NCBI GenBank assembly: GCA_964636275.1
Contig: CAZWRN010000001.1
Span: 22,070-86,069 of the forward strand
Reading direction: 5' to 3'
Length of the DNA stretch: 64,000 bases
Source of the DNA: an uncultured Gammaproteobacteria bacterium
GTDB taxonomy: Bacteria > Patescibacteriota > Microgenomatia > Daviesbacterales > UBA10151
Part shown: positions 55,286-64,000 of the stretch, piece by piece
How the letters are laid out: each line of letters starts with the position of its first letter
How positions within the stretch are numbered: position 1 is the stretch's first letter
The notes under the pieces: generated by a model
The model's database searches: none
Told to the model about the DNA's origin: nothing
The model's input: only the letters and a program-made list of their open reading frames with translations
Translations under genes and position numbers: made by a program

Positions 55286-56821
55286 TTAATTGATGAGAAA
55301 TGAATTGGATTTTGAGGTATAGGTGGTTCCTTGAAGGAATAGTCGGACCTCATATGATCCACTAGTAGCGGTAGTAGGGATTGTCATTGAACAGCGGCCT
55401 GTGATCGTAGGAGTAGCTGGTACTCCTTGAGATTTAGAGCAATTACCCAAATAAACCCATTCAATAAAACTGCTGATAGGTGTTAGAGAATCAGTTGTTT
55501 TGTAGATGCCCATCCAACTTGCTCCCTGTGGATTAATCAGATTTTGCCAGATGATATTAATTCTGCCACCTTTATTGACAGATGGGGTATTTACTTTGAT
55601 GAAGTTTTGTTTTGTTGAAGGGACTGGGGTTGGGCTAGGTGAAGGAGAGCTGGTTGGTGGAAATGAAGCCAGAGGAAAACCTGTAGAGGAGACAGTAAAC
55701 TGATTACTTTTTTTAGCTAAAGTAGTTCCCTGTATATATAGTCGAAATTCATACAACCCTTCAGCTAAATTATTTGGTAGATTAATTGTGCATTTTCCTA
55801 CCTGAGGTGTAGTACTTGGTGTACCTTGATTGGAGACACAATTACCTAGATAAAACCAGGTGATGAAATTACTAAACTGAGTATCAGGGATATCTTTTTT
55901 ATATAGTCCAATCCAACTGTCTCCACTGGCATTTGTTTGGTTGTACCAGCTAATTGTTTGAGGAGAGCCCGGTTTAACATATGAATAATTTGCGACTATA
56001 CCATTGGAATTTGGATCTGAAAGAATTGAGGTGAGCATGTTTTGCCAGACATTGGCTATTTTTTGATAGCCTGGTTCATTGGGGTGGACATTATCACTGA
56101 TGTCACTTAGTGTAACCGCATTGAAATTGTCGACCAGGTAGATTTTTTTACCTTCTTTATATTTTTTATCAATAAGCTCAGGCAATGCTTTGTTGAAATT
56201 TTGGATATTGGTTTGAAGATTGGCGACATAGCTAATATCACTGGGAGTGATTGTAGAAACAATAATTTTCGTATTTGGGTTATTGCTGGAGATCGTATCA
56301 ATAACTTTTTCTAGATGTTTTAAAGCATCAGCTCTAAAGGCATCTGTACGTGGCTGGGCAAAATCATTTATGCCACACATTACCAACGCAATATCGGGAT
56401 TGTACTGAGATACTTTTGTTGTGAGTATATTGGCGAGCATGTCACAATCATAGCCGTTGTGTCCTTCATGATCCTTATCTTCTAGTACTGAAGGTCCAGA
56501 AATGAGTGAACCTACCAAATCAACTGAAAAGCTGTTTTTAAGATTGTTGTAAAGATAGTAGCGGTAGCCAGCCATTACATTGTCTGGGTCTGTTGATGCA
56601 TTTTTAACTCCATGGGTAATAGAATCACCAATTGGCATGATTTTTACAGTGGAATAGGTGGTTTCAGCCGCAAAAGATCGATCTTTAGGATAAACAGAAG
56701 CCAGAAAATTATCTTTAAAACTGCCGACATTGGCAACTACCATAATTGCTAAGACGCTAATTACTGCAAGTGATAAAACGATAGGAGTAGCTCCTTGCTC
56801 TGATTTGGTTGGGTTTATCAT
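55286..56821 (-). CDS. Exported SGNH/GDSL hydrolase with two repeated Ig-like domains
   Basis: IMPIGDSIT, HEGH.G, GIND, DNVHPN..GY; duplicated W.....SW.G.YK...W.YLGNC...YE.RL domain; N-terminal EQG|ATP hydrophobic leader. Confidence 0.85.
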   Translation of the reverse strand: MINPTKSEQGATPIVLSLAVISVLAIMVVANVGSFKDNFLASVYPKDRSFAAETTYSTVKIMPIGDSITHGVKNASTDPDNVMAGYRYYLYNNLKNSFSVDLVGSLISGPSVLEDKDHEGHNGYDCDMLANILTTKVSQYNPDIALVMCGINDFAQPRTDAFRADALKHLEKVIDTISSNNPNTKIIVSTITPSDISYVANLQTNIQNFNKALPELIDKKYKEGKKIYLVDNFNAVTLSDISDNVHPNEPGYQKIANVWQNMLTSILSDPNSNGIVANYSYVKPGSPQTISWYNQTNASGDSWIGLYKKDIPDTQFSNFITWFYLGNCVSNQGTPSTTPQVGKCTINLPNNLAEGLYEFRLYIQGTTLAKKSNQFTVSSTGFPLASFPPTSSPSPSPTPVPSTKQNFIKVNTPSVNKGGRINIIWQNLINPQGASWMGIYKTTDSLTPISSFIEWVYLGNCSKSQGVPATPTITGRCSMTIPTTATSGSYEVRLFLQGTTYTSKSNSFLIN

Positions 56822-56913
56822 TTCACTATCGTAGGTTATATATGAGCTGATTGTCAATTTGAAAAGATATATATTCAAAGTCACATGATCTATAATGAAT
56901 TGAAGTTTCTTTT

Positions 56914-57735
56914 ATGAAAAAGGTTCTGCTAATTATTCTGGTATTTGTTAGTTTGATCTCGATTTTGTTTCAGTTTGGTCGAGCCCCTTTACAAAAATTA
57001 ATTGGTTCTCACTCCCGAAGTGGCTTACAGATCGATAGTAATGTTAAAGCCAAAGTATTTATTGGTGGTCAGGAGGTGGGTGAAACACCCTTTACTGATA
57101 GTAATTTGCAAGAAGGGGAGCTTTTAATTGGTTTAGAACCAGTTCAAGAGTCTAGCACTACTGCCAAGTTATGGCAGGGTTATATAAGGCTCAACCCAGG
57201 GACTTTGACTGTCATCAATCGTAATCTAGAGGCAAGTGCTCAAGCTTCATCGGGTGAGGTTATTACTCTGGAAACAGGTAAAGGTGTGACAGTGATCTCT
57301 ACTCCACCTGAGGCTCAGGTAGAAGTCGATGGAGCAGTTGTTGGTCGTACGCCGATCACCTTGTCGGATTTGTCTTCTGGGGATCATCAGTTTATTTTAA
57401 GCAAAGAAAATTTTGTAAAGCGTAGCATCCGGGCAAAAGTGGTAGAGGGATTTAACCTGATTTTAACAGTCGATTTGGCGATAGCCGAGGCAGATCTGAC
57501 TAAATTACCTACAGTGCCAATATCCGCAACAGCGCAGGTTGTAGTGAAAAATACTCCGACTGGTTTTTTACGAGTTCGCAGTACTGCTTCAGCAAATGGG
57601 CAGGAGATTGGTCAGCTTAAACCAGGAGATGTGGTGGTGATGTTAGAAGAGATTCCCAACTGGTACAGAGTTAGGCTGAGTGATGGAAAAGAAGGTTTTA
57701 TATCGGCTTCATATGCCCAGAAAAAGCAACAATAA
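56914..57735 (+). CDS. PEGA-domain and bacterial SH3 protein
   Basis: STPPEAQVEVDG..VGRTP; FLRVRS...WYRVRL..GKEGFIS. Confidence 0.88.
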   Translation: MKKVLLIILVFVSLISILFQFGRAPLQKLIGSHSRSGLQIDSNVKAKVFIGGQEVGETPFTDSNLQEGELLIGLEPVQESSTTAKLWQGYIRLNPGTLTVINRNLEASAQASSGEVITLETGKGVTVISTPPEAQVEVDGAVVGRTPITLSDLSSGDHQFILSKENFVKRSIRAKVVEGFNLILTVDLAIAEADLTKLPTVPISATAQVVVKNTPTGFLRVRSTASANGQEIGQLKPGDVVVMLEEIPNWYRVRLSDGKEGFISASYAQKKQQ

Positions 57736-57746
57736 TTGTTGAATTG

Positions 57747-58244
57747 TTAGGATTGTTTACACTGAGAAAATCGAAGTGTTAAATTGTTAGTTACTCTTAC
57801 TTGTTTAATGCCGTTTTCTTGACTGATGGTTTTGACATGTAGTTCAAATGGAGTTGGCGAGAAATTTTGAGATTGCCACTGTTTTAGCATTTCAAAAGTA
57901 GTGGGGATAATGTTTTTATTTAAAACTTCAGTGGTAGAAACCCATTCTAGTAAGCCGTCATCAGATAGGGGAAGTGGTTCATTAAAGATTCCCCAGAAAT
58001 AAATCAATTCTTCAGTATCATCAATAATCACTTTGGCACATTGTTTCAGTGTTACATTGGTAATGCCTGTCTCTTCTTTTAGTTCCCGATAAGCACTATC
58101 AAGAAATGTTTCACCTATTTCAATTTTACCGCCAATTCCGGTGTACATACCCGGCGCAAATTTTTTATTGGCGGCTCTTTTGAGTAAAACTATTTTTGAA
58201 GGGGTTGCTTGATTTATTAAAAAGATTACATTCCAGGAATTCAT
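57747..58244 (-). CDS. NUDIX hydrolase
   Basis: GGKIEIGETFLDSAYRELKEETG. Confidence 0.9.
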   Translation of the reverse strand: MNSWNVIFLINQATPSKIVLLKRAANKKFAPGMYTGIGGKIEIGETFLDSAYRELKEETGITNVTLKQCAKVIIDDTEELIYFWGIFNEPLPLSDDGLLEWVSTTEVLNKNIIPTTFEMLKQWQSQNFSPTPFELHVKTISQENGIKQVRVTNNLTLRFSQCKQS

Positions 58245-58245
58245 A

Positions 58246-59235
58246 CTAAGCACCAAAGAAATAGAGGATAAATACAGTCATGATGAGCCATAATATGACT
58301 GTGTAGAGGAGTGGTTTGTCAGTGAGTAAAACTCTTTCTGGTGATTCACCCTCTTTCTTTTCATAAATGATATACAGATAGCGCATCACACCGTAGATAA
58401 CAAGTGGAATAGTAGCCATTAAAAATTTGGCTTGGGAGAAAGGTAATGAGAAATTATCAAATAAAATAGACAGCCTATTGCGAGCAACAATTGGTGGCTG
58501 TAAAAAAGTAAACAGCGCATAGGCCAGCCAGGTAGAGTTGGCAAACATACTGGTCAAAATATCTAGTAGGTTTTCTGGATAGTGTAGAAGAGTTTCTCGG
58601 TGTTTAGCTGCCTGGGCCTGGAGCAGGGTTAACTCCGATCGTCTTTTACCAATGGCTAAAAATAGAGCAAAAGATGTAACAGTAAGTAAAAACCAGACAT
58701 TTAGATGGGCATCTATCACCCAGACCCCGGCATAAATACGTAAAACAAAACCAGCTGCTATTGCCATCACGTCTAGTAAAATAGTTGTTTTCAAATAAGC
58801 CGAGTAAAGCAACTGAAGAAATAAGTAAGCTAAAACGGCTAGAAAAAGTGCGGGGGTGATACCATAGGATATCGGTAACACAATCACAATCAATCCCAAA
58901 GCGATAGCTATAGCAGATTTTTCGGGAACTACCCCAGAGGCGATCGGCCGTTTACTTTTAAAAGGATGAAGCTGGTCACGTTCAATATCAAATACATCAT
59001 TGAGTAGATAGACAGCGGAGGTGGTGGCGCAAAAAATTAGAAAAGTTTGAAAAACTAGCCAAACTGCTACTGGATTGTCGAGTTGATTGGCTAAAAGGAG
59101 AGCTGCAAAGATAACTAAATTTTTAATCCATTGGCGTGGCCGAACGGCTTTGATAAGTCCCCATATAAATTTAAGGGCGGGGTAAGTATTTATTGTTGAT
59201 TGAATTTTTCCTTGTAAAGTGATTTGGTTTCCCAT
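58246..59235 (-). CDS. UbiA-family decaprenyl-phosphate phosphoribosyltransferase-like protein
   Basis: RPRQWIKN, YLLNDVFDIERDQLHPFKSKRPIASG, KRRSEL. Confidence 0.9.
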   Translation of the reverse strand: MGNQITLQGKIQSTINTYPALKFIWGLIKAVRPRQWIKNLVIFAALLLANQLDNPVAVWLVFQTFLIFCATTSAVYLLNDVFDIERDQLHPFKSKRPIASGVVPEKSAIAIALGLIVIVLPISYGITPALFLAVLAYLFLQLLYSAYLKTTILLDVMAIAAGFVLRIYAGVWVIDAHLNVWFLLTVTSFALFLAIGKRRSELTLLQAQAAKHRETLLHYPENLLDILTSMFANSTWLAYALFTFLQPPIVARNRLSILFDNFSLPFSQAKFLMATIPLVIYGVMRYLYIIYEKKEGESPERVLLTDKPLLYTVILWLIMTVFILYFFGA

Positions 59236-59252
59236 GGGTTTATTGCTAACCG

Positions 59253-60332
59253 TTATTTCTTGTTTTTTCCCTCAGGAAAGTAAAAGAGTTGTAGCCACAC
59301 AATAGCACCAGTTATTATAACTGTTCCGAGAAGTAGTGTAAAAAGTTTTTCTTTTGAAGATAAATTGATAACTAAAATACCTAAAATTGTAGAGCAACCC
59401 ATAAAGAAAAGTGAAATTTTTTGATGAGACCAGCCTCTTTGTAAAAGTAAATGATGCAGATGTTTTTGATCTCCAAAGAAAGGGGATTTGCCAGATACTA
59501 TTCGACGGAAAAATGTATAGAAAAAATCAATAGCCGGGACTAAAAGAACAATAACGGCGGTTGCAAGTTTTCCTCCTGATAAAATAGCGACAGTTGCCAG
59601 CATAAAGCCTAGAATTGTTGACCCCGAAAAAGCCGGTAATATTTTAGCCGGATGCCAATTAAAATATAGTAGTCCTAAAGCAGCGCCGGCTACGATAAAG
59701 GCAATTAGAGCGATATTAAACTGATTGGGATCTCCTTGGATAAAGAATCGATAGGAGATAAATCCGATTACCAAAAAAGCGATCGTCATTACTCCAGGCA
59801 TCTGACCATCAACCCCTTTGCTCCAATTGACAACGTTCATAATCCAGGTGATCCATATTAAAGCCAAAAGATCAGCGATTAGTAAAATATGATGTTCTCC
59901 AAAAAAATAGATGGGGATATTAATTGCATCTAAATATAAAATTCCTCCAAACGGATTGGTAATAAATGTAATACCAATTCCAGCTAAAACAACAGTTAAA
60001 GCAGCTAGTATTTGGAACCCAAGACGAGGGAATGGGCTGAAATCGGAAAATTTATCATCAAGTAGACCTACAATCAAAAGCAGTGTTATAGCAATAATGA
60101 TCCCGATAATGGCTTTATTTAAAGGTATAAAAATAAGAAGTCCGGTAATTATCGCAATATAAATAGGAAGTCCACCTGCTCGGGGTATTACTCTGTTTTG
60201 AATATGAGCAGGGTGAGGTCTTTTTTTAGGATCATCAACCCATTTGTATTTTTTGGCTAACCAAATAGTAAAAGGAGTTGAAATGATTGAAACAATCAAG
60301 CTTACTAAAAATGCGGTTATCAGTGTCGTCAT
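59253..60332 (-). CDS. MraY/WecA-family polyprenyl-phosphate GlcNAc-1-P transferase
   Basis: PRAGGL, GLLDD, N..NWSKGVDG, FNWHPAKI, D..HLHH.LL. Confidence 0.88.
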   Translation of the reverse strand: MTTLITAFLVSLIVSIISTPFTIWLAKKYKWVDDPKKRPHPAHIQNRVIPRAGGLPIYIAIITGLLIFIPLNKAIIGIIIAITLLLIVGLLDDKFSDFSPFPRLGFQILAALTVVLAGIGITFITNPFGGILYLDAINIPIYFFGEHHILLIADLLALIWITWIMNVVNWSKGVDGQMPGVMTIAFLVIGFISYRFFIQGDPNQFNIALIAFIVAGAALGLLYFNWHPAKILPAFSGSTILGFMLATVAILSGGKLATAVIVLLVPAIDFFYTFFRRIVSGKSPFFGDQKHLHHLLLQRGWSHQKISLFFMGCSTILGILVINLSSKEKLFTLLLGTVIITGAIVWLQLFYFPEGKNKK

Positions 60333-60700
60333 ATTGCTGTAAAGATAATCCGAATGCCAGCCATCACTGCTAATAATGCAACAATAGTTGTAGAAGAAGC
60401 AATAATTCTTTTCATTGTCAGTTGGGAAGTATGAAGATGCCAGGTAAGAATAAGATTGATTAATGAAGCTAAAATAACCAAAGAAGGCAAGATAAAAAAC
60501 TGGTTTTTATGTGCCAGTTGAGTCTCACCCCATGGTAAAGAAAAGAAAAAAGGGATAAATGCGGGCAATTGGTCATAATAAAGCAGATAAAAAATACTTA
60601 AAAATAGCGATAATAGAATAGAAATCGATGTAGACCAAAAAATAATACTGTCTTGGCGTTGGTAAAAATTTATGAATTTTTTGAGTGGTTTCATATACAA
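60329..60700 (-). CDS. Small membrane protein (DUF1648-like)
   Basis: LP..IP.FFSLPWGE.QLA motif, three TM helices. Confidence 0.65.
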   Translation of the reverse strand: MYMKPLKKFINFYQRQDSIIFWSTSISILLSLFLSIFYLLYYDQLPAFIPFFFSLPWGETQLAHKNQFFILPSLVILASLINLILTWHLHTSQLTMKRIIASSTTIVALLAVMAGIRIIFTAI

Positions 60701-60730
60701 AGGCAGAATGATTGCTTACGCAAAACCAGA

Positions 60731-62497
60731 CTATTTAGTTCTGGCCTTGTTTGTTACTCGGTATTCCAAATATCTGCCAAACATCAGCGAAGTTTGGGCA
60801 TCAATGGCTGGGATTGTGGTGATTGTTACTAAAACAACAGGGACCAATAAATATTGGAGATAAGACCAGAACCATTTCACAAATGGCCAGTGTTTGGGAC
60901 GGGGCGGAGCTGTTTTTTCATGAACAAAGATGGTCGCAAAAAGTCCCAAAAAAGCGACAGTTAGAATCCAGGATGAGACAATTGGTAAATTGATGGCGAT
61001 GACTGATTGGGCGTAGGTCGGGTTGACCAGAGGGATCACAAGTCCGGCAAATGTGACGATCAGGGCTAAAGATCCCCAACGTAAATTACCCCAAAGCACA
61101 AAAAGCAGTTTATCTGTTTTGTCCCAAAAATCGATATCTTGTCTTCTGAAATATTCTTTAAAGGCGTAAGGAACATGTTCAACGCCATAAGCCCAGCGTT
61201 TGAGTTGTTGGTACTGATTGACAAATGTTTTAAGTAAATTGGTATCAAGGTTGGTATCTCCATTGATAGGGATATAGTGGGGGATCACTTTATAATCCCC
61301 TTTAAAATGGAAATAGGCTTTCCAATAAAAGCCTGAATCATCATTTACTTTATTGGGTATCCAGCCGCCAATCTCTTTTAGGGACTGTAAATTGATAGTT
61401 AAAGAGGAAAAATTCATGTACTTGTCTGATCCGTACATTTCGGCTAGTTGCCAAAAGGCTGTACCGGTAGAAATCAATCGCATCGGAGTGGGAGAAGACC
61501 AGTAATTGTTGTAGTAGAAAAAGGAGCCAGTAAATGATCTTTTATCTCGTTCTTCTACAGGTGTGGAGAGGTATTTATGTAGAGCTCCTGATAACAGATC
61601 TTTATCTATGACAAAGTCCGCATCCAAAGTGGTTACTAGAACTTTATGAAGGGGAATCCCTTTTCTCTCCAATTCTTTAATAGCATTTTTGTACATACAG
61701 TTGCGGTTGGTAGCCGGGCCTTTGATTTCGCCCGGTTGCAGTTCATGAATAGTGATAAAGACATCTCCGATGATTTTTTTATAATGTTCAAGCTGTTTAA
61801 TAATTCCGTTTACTTGCTCTCGATCTGCCCAGGCTTCAAAACCGACACAAAGGTATATTTGTTTTTTAGGATACGAAGAGTTGGCAACAGCTTCAAAGGC
61901 TGGTTTTAATACTTCAATACTTTCCTTATACGTTGGTAGCAATATGATATGATGATAGGTGTCCCACTCAGTTGGGAAATCTTCTTTCAGCTTTTTAAGC
62001 CAATCCTGTTTTTTAGCCCAAGTGAGTTTACGATAACCAAGTAAAATCAGAACGGCATTTTTAAGTGCAGTGATCAGCCAGTAAGCCTGAGCAGCGATGA
62101 TAAAGTAAGCAACAGCAAAAGGAAACGTAAATGAGAGCCAGATTGGAGAGGTAAGAGCGGTCCAAGTGAGAGCGCCAGGCAGTATTTCCAAAGCTCTTTC
62201 AATTTTTGTTTCATGTTTGCGGGCGAAGTCGAGTTCCACTCGTTCGGAGATGATGTAGCGCTGTGTGAGTAGATGGTAGAGTGTGATGGCAACACCGATA
62301 CCACCTAGAAAGACTGAAAGTAAGGTATCGATAGGCTGAGGAATCCAATAATGACCAAAAATTCCTATTATAAATGAGGCTAGTATAGTAACTAATCCGA
62401 TTATACTGGGTATTGGGCGTTTAAAAACCCGGTCGAAACCATTACTTATTAGAAAGAAGATTAAAAAACCGGTGATAAATGAGAGTAAGATACGCAT
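60731..62497 (-). CDS. Membrane-bound GT2-family glycosyltransferase
   Basis: LPTYKES, TTLDAD, NDD, QQLKRWAYG; multiple TM helices. Confidence 0.85.
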   Translation of the reverse strand: MRILLSFITGFLIFFLISNGFDRVFKRPIPSIIGLVTILASFIIGIFGHYWIPQPIDTLLSVFLGGIGVAITLYHLLTQRYIISERVELDFARKHETKIERALEILPGALTWTALTSPIWLSFTFPFAVAYFIIAAQAYWLITALKNAVLILLGYRKLTWAKKQDWLKKLKEDFPTEWDTYHHIILLPTYKESIEVLKPAFEAVANSSYPKKQIYLCVGFEAWADREQVNGIIKQLEHYKKIIGDVFITIHELQPGEIKGPATNRNCMYKNAIKELERKGIPLHKVLVTTLDADFVIDKDLLSGALHKYLSTPVEERDKRSFTGSFFYYNNYWSSPTPMRLISTGTAFWQLAEMYGSDKYMNFSSLTINLQSLKEIGGWIPNKVNDDSGFYWKAYFHFKGDYKVIPHYIPINGDTNLDTNLLKTFVNQYQQLKRWAYGVEHVPYAFKEYFRRQDIDFWDKTDKLLFVLWGNLRWGSLALIVTFAGLVIPLVNPTYAQSVIAINLPIVSSWILTVAFLGLFATIFVHEKTAPPRPKHWPFVKWFWSYLQYLLVPVVLVTITTIPAIDAQTSLMFGRYLEYRVTNKARTK

Positions 62498-62617
62498 CTT
62501 TTATAATTTTCCCCTTTTCAGACACTTTAGTCAATGACAGGGCAGTTAAAACTTGTGGTATTTTACGCATAGTATCAGTCAATTGCAATTGGTTATTAGA
62601 TAGGGTGATAATGAATT

Positions 62618-63649
62618 ATGCTGATGAAAACTGTCCAATCAATGCTATTTTTGTTTATTCTGGGTGATCTGGTTTTAGTAAATGGGTTATTTTTAGCTGA
62701 TTCAATTAAAGGGTTTCACTCTTTGGTAGATAAAGTTGGTATTGATCCGATTGTTTTTTTAGTTTTATCTCTGGCAGCTATAGTTGGTTTGCGTATTTGG
62801 AAACAATCTATCATTCCACAGATCTTTTTCTACACCTACCTATATATATTAGTACCGGTACTTACAATTTTGGCTATTGTTTTGACTTATATTGAACTTT
62901 CACATTATTATAATTTTCTTTATAGCCAGTATTTCATTTATTTTGAGAGGGTATCGATGTGGGCGATCTCGAGTTGGTTGATGGTGCTGGTACTGTCTCC
63001 CCAAAAAATGTGGAAAAAACAATGGCAGAATATTGTTTTTATATTACCTGTAGTTTTTTTAGCCGGAATGACTTTGATCTGGATGTGGCCTCAAGATGTG
63101 TTTATAGGCTTGGTTAAAGAAGATAATTTGATTGAAAATCTTCAAGTGTTGGTTTTATTGGCTGGGGCAACTGGAGCATTTTTGTTAGCGAATAAATTTA
63201 TTAAAACTAAGCTATTTTTTATAGCAACCATTTTTATAGTTGGGGGAGCAGGATTATTATTTATTGCTGGTGATGAAATCTCTTGGGGTCAGCGGTTGTT
63301 GGGTTTTGGAACACCGTCAGATCTGGCCGCAGAAAATGTCCAGAATGAAGTGACCGTCCACAATATCGAGGGCATTCATCAGTTGGTAGGATATGGTTAT
63401 ATCTTGACTGGACTTTATGGGGCATTTGCCTGGATTTTGGCAGATAATTTTCTGAAAAAATATTATCGCTGGACAAAATACTTTGTTCCACCGGCATATT
63501 TATTTTTCTTTTTCTATCTGAGTTTAGTTTACAACTCATATGCACTGGGAGGAGTAAACAACTTTAAAGAGTGGTCAGAGGTGGCAGAGCTTTTTTTGTA
63601 TAGTGGAATTGGGCTATTTTTAATAATTGTATTAAAAAAGAAGAATTAA
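62618..63649 (+). CDS. Polytopic membrane protein
   Basis: KEDNLIENLQ, AGDEISWGQR, N.Q.E..VHN motifs. Confidence 0.75.
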   Translation: MLMKTVQSMLFLFILGDLVLVNGLFLADSIKGFHSLVDKVGIDPIVFLVLSLAAIVGLRIWKQSIIPQIFFYTYLYILVPVLTILAIVLTYIELSHYYNFLYSQYFIYFERVSMWAISSWLMVLVLSPQKMWKKQWQNIVFILPVVFLAGMTLIWMWPQDVFIGLVKEDNLIENLQVLVLLAGATGAFLLANKFIKTKLFFIATIFIVGGAGLLFIAGDEISWGQRLLGFGTPSDLAAENVQNEVTVHNIEGIHQLVGYGYILTGLYGAFAWILADNFLKKYYRWTKYFVPPAYLFFFFYLSLVYNSYALGGVNNFKEWSEVAELFLYSGIGLFLIIVLKKKN

Positions 63650-63650
63650 A

Positions 63651-64000
63651 ATGCCAAACGAATCAAGCTCAAATCTAGAAGTATTTACTCCAATGATTGA
63701 TCCTGCTGTTAAGAAGCAAGGAATAAAGGCTTATATTGGCCAGATTCAGGAGAAATATCAGCGAAAGATTCCCCAAATAGTACAAACTAATGAAACTGTC
63801 CCAAAAAGGATAATTCCTCCAAAGTGGGTAATAGAAGAAACAGCCCGGTTAGCGGAGTTGGATCCGACAACTGATCCAGAGCAATACAGAAAAGATGTTA
63901 AATACTTGGAATATTTTGATAGATCATTGTATGGGGAAGTTGGTAAAAATTTGACCTTACCTAGATCATTAACCCAGAGGAAAATTTGGGCTTTGGAAGA
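63651..64000 (+). CDS. Hypothetical protein, 3'-truncated by the window
   Basis: ATG 63651 (MPNESSSNLEVF...) with the frame open to the end. Confidence 0.6.
   Translation, partial: MPNESSSNLEVFTPMIDPAVKKQGIKAYIGQIQEKYQRKIPQIVQTNETVPKRIIPPKWVIEETARLAELDPTTDPEQYRKDVKYLEYFDRSLYGEVGKNLTLPRSLTQRKIWALE

Noticed and set aside
401-63545. Numerous 60-130-aa ORFs nested in or antisense to long genes
   Set aside because: Fully overlapped by well-supported CDSs and lacking recognisable motifs.
1-64000. tRNA or rRNA genes
   Set aside because: No cloverleaf or rRNA-like segment recognised by eye in the intergenic regions; tRNAscan-SE was not run.

Overview
A 64-kb chromosomal window from a Patescibacteria/CPR bacterium, probably Microgenomates-like. 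This is inferred from gene content: short ValRS, DUF4012 fusion, VirB2-like pilin array, few Shine-Dalgarno sites. It spans the replication origin (dnaN - endonuclease - oriC - dnaA / rpmH-rnpA-yidD-yidC-jag). The left 23 kb is a type-IV-secretion/conjugation-like locus: six VirB2-like pilins, a secreted 15-aa tandem-repeat protein, VirB6-like, PrgI, VirB4 and cell-wall hydrolases, interrupted by large orphan genes, one of which sits behind a cobalamin-riboswitch-like leader. The right part is housekeeping and envelope genes, including valS with a T-box, tsaD, murB, groES/EL and glycosyltransferases. The most striking unexplained signal is at least 20 tracts of degenerate 7- or 8-nt periodic repeats, mostly forming hairpins. 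They occur empty between genes, split around four-helix-bundle (Avd-like) genes (one intact, one internally deleted), in frame inside tsaD and valS, and inside the riboswitch. Many genes also appear to be transcribed as leaderless mRNAs. All family calls are from motif recognition by eye; no searches were run.
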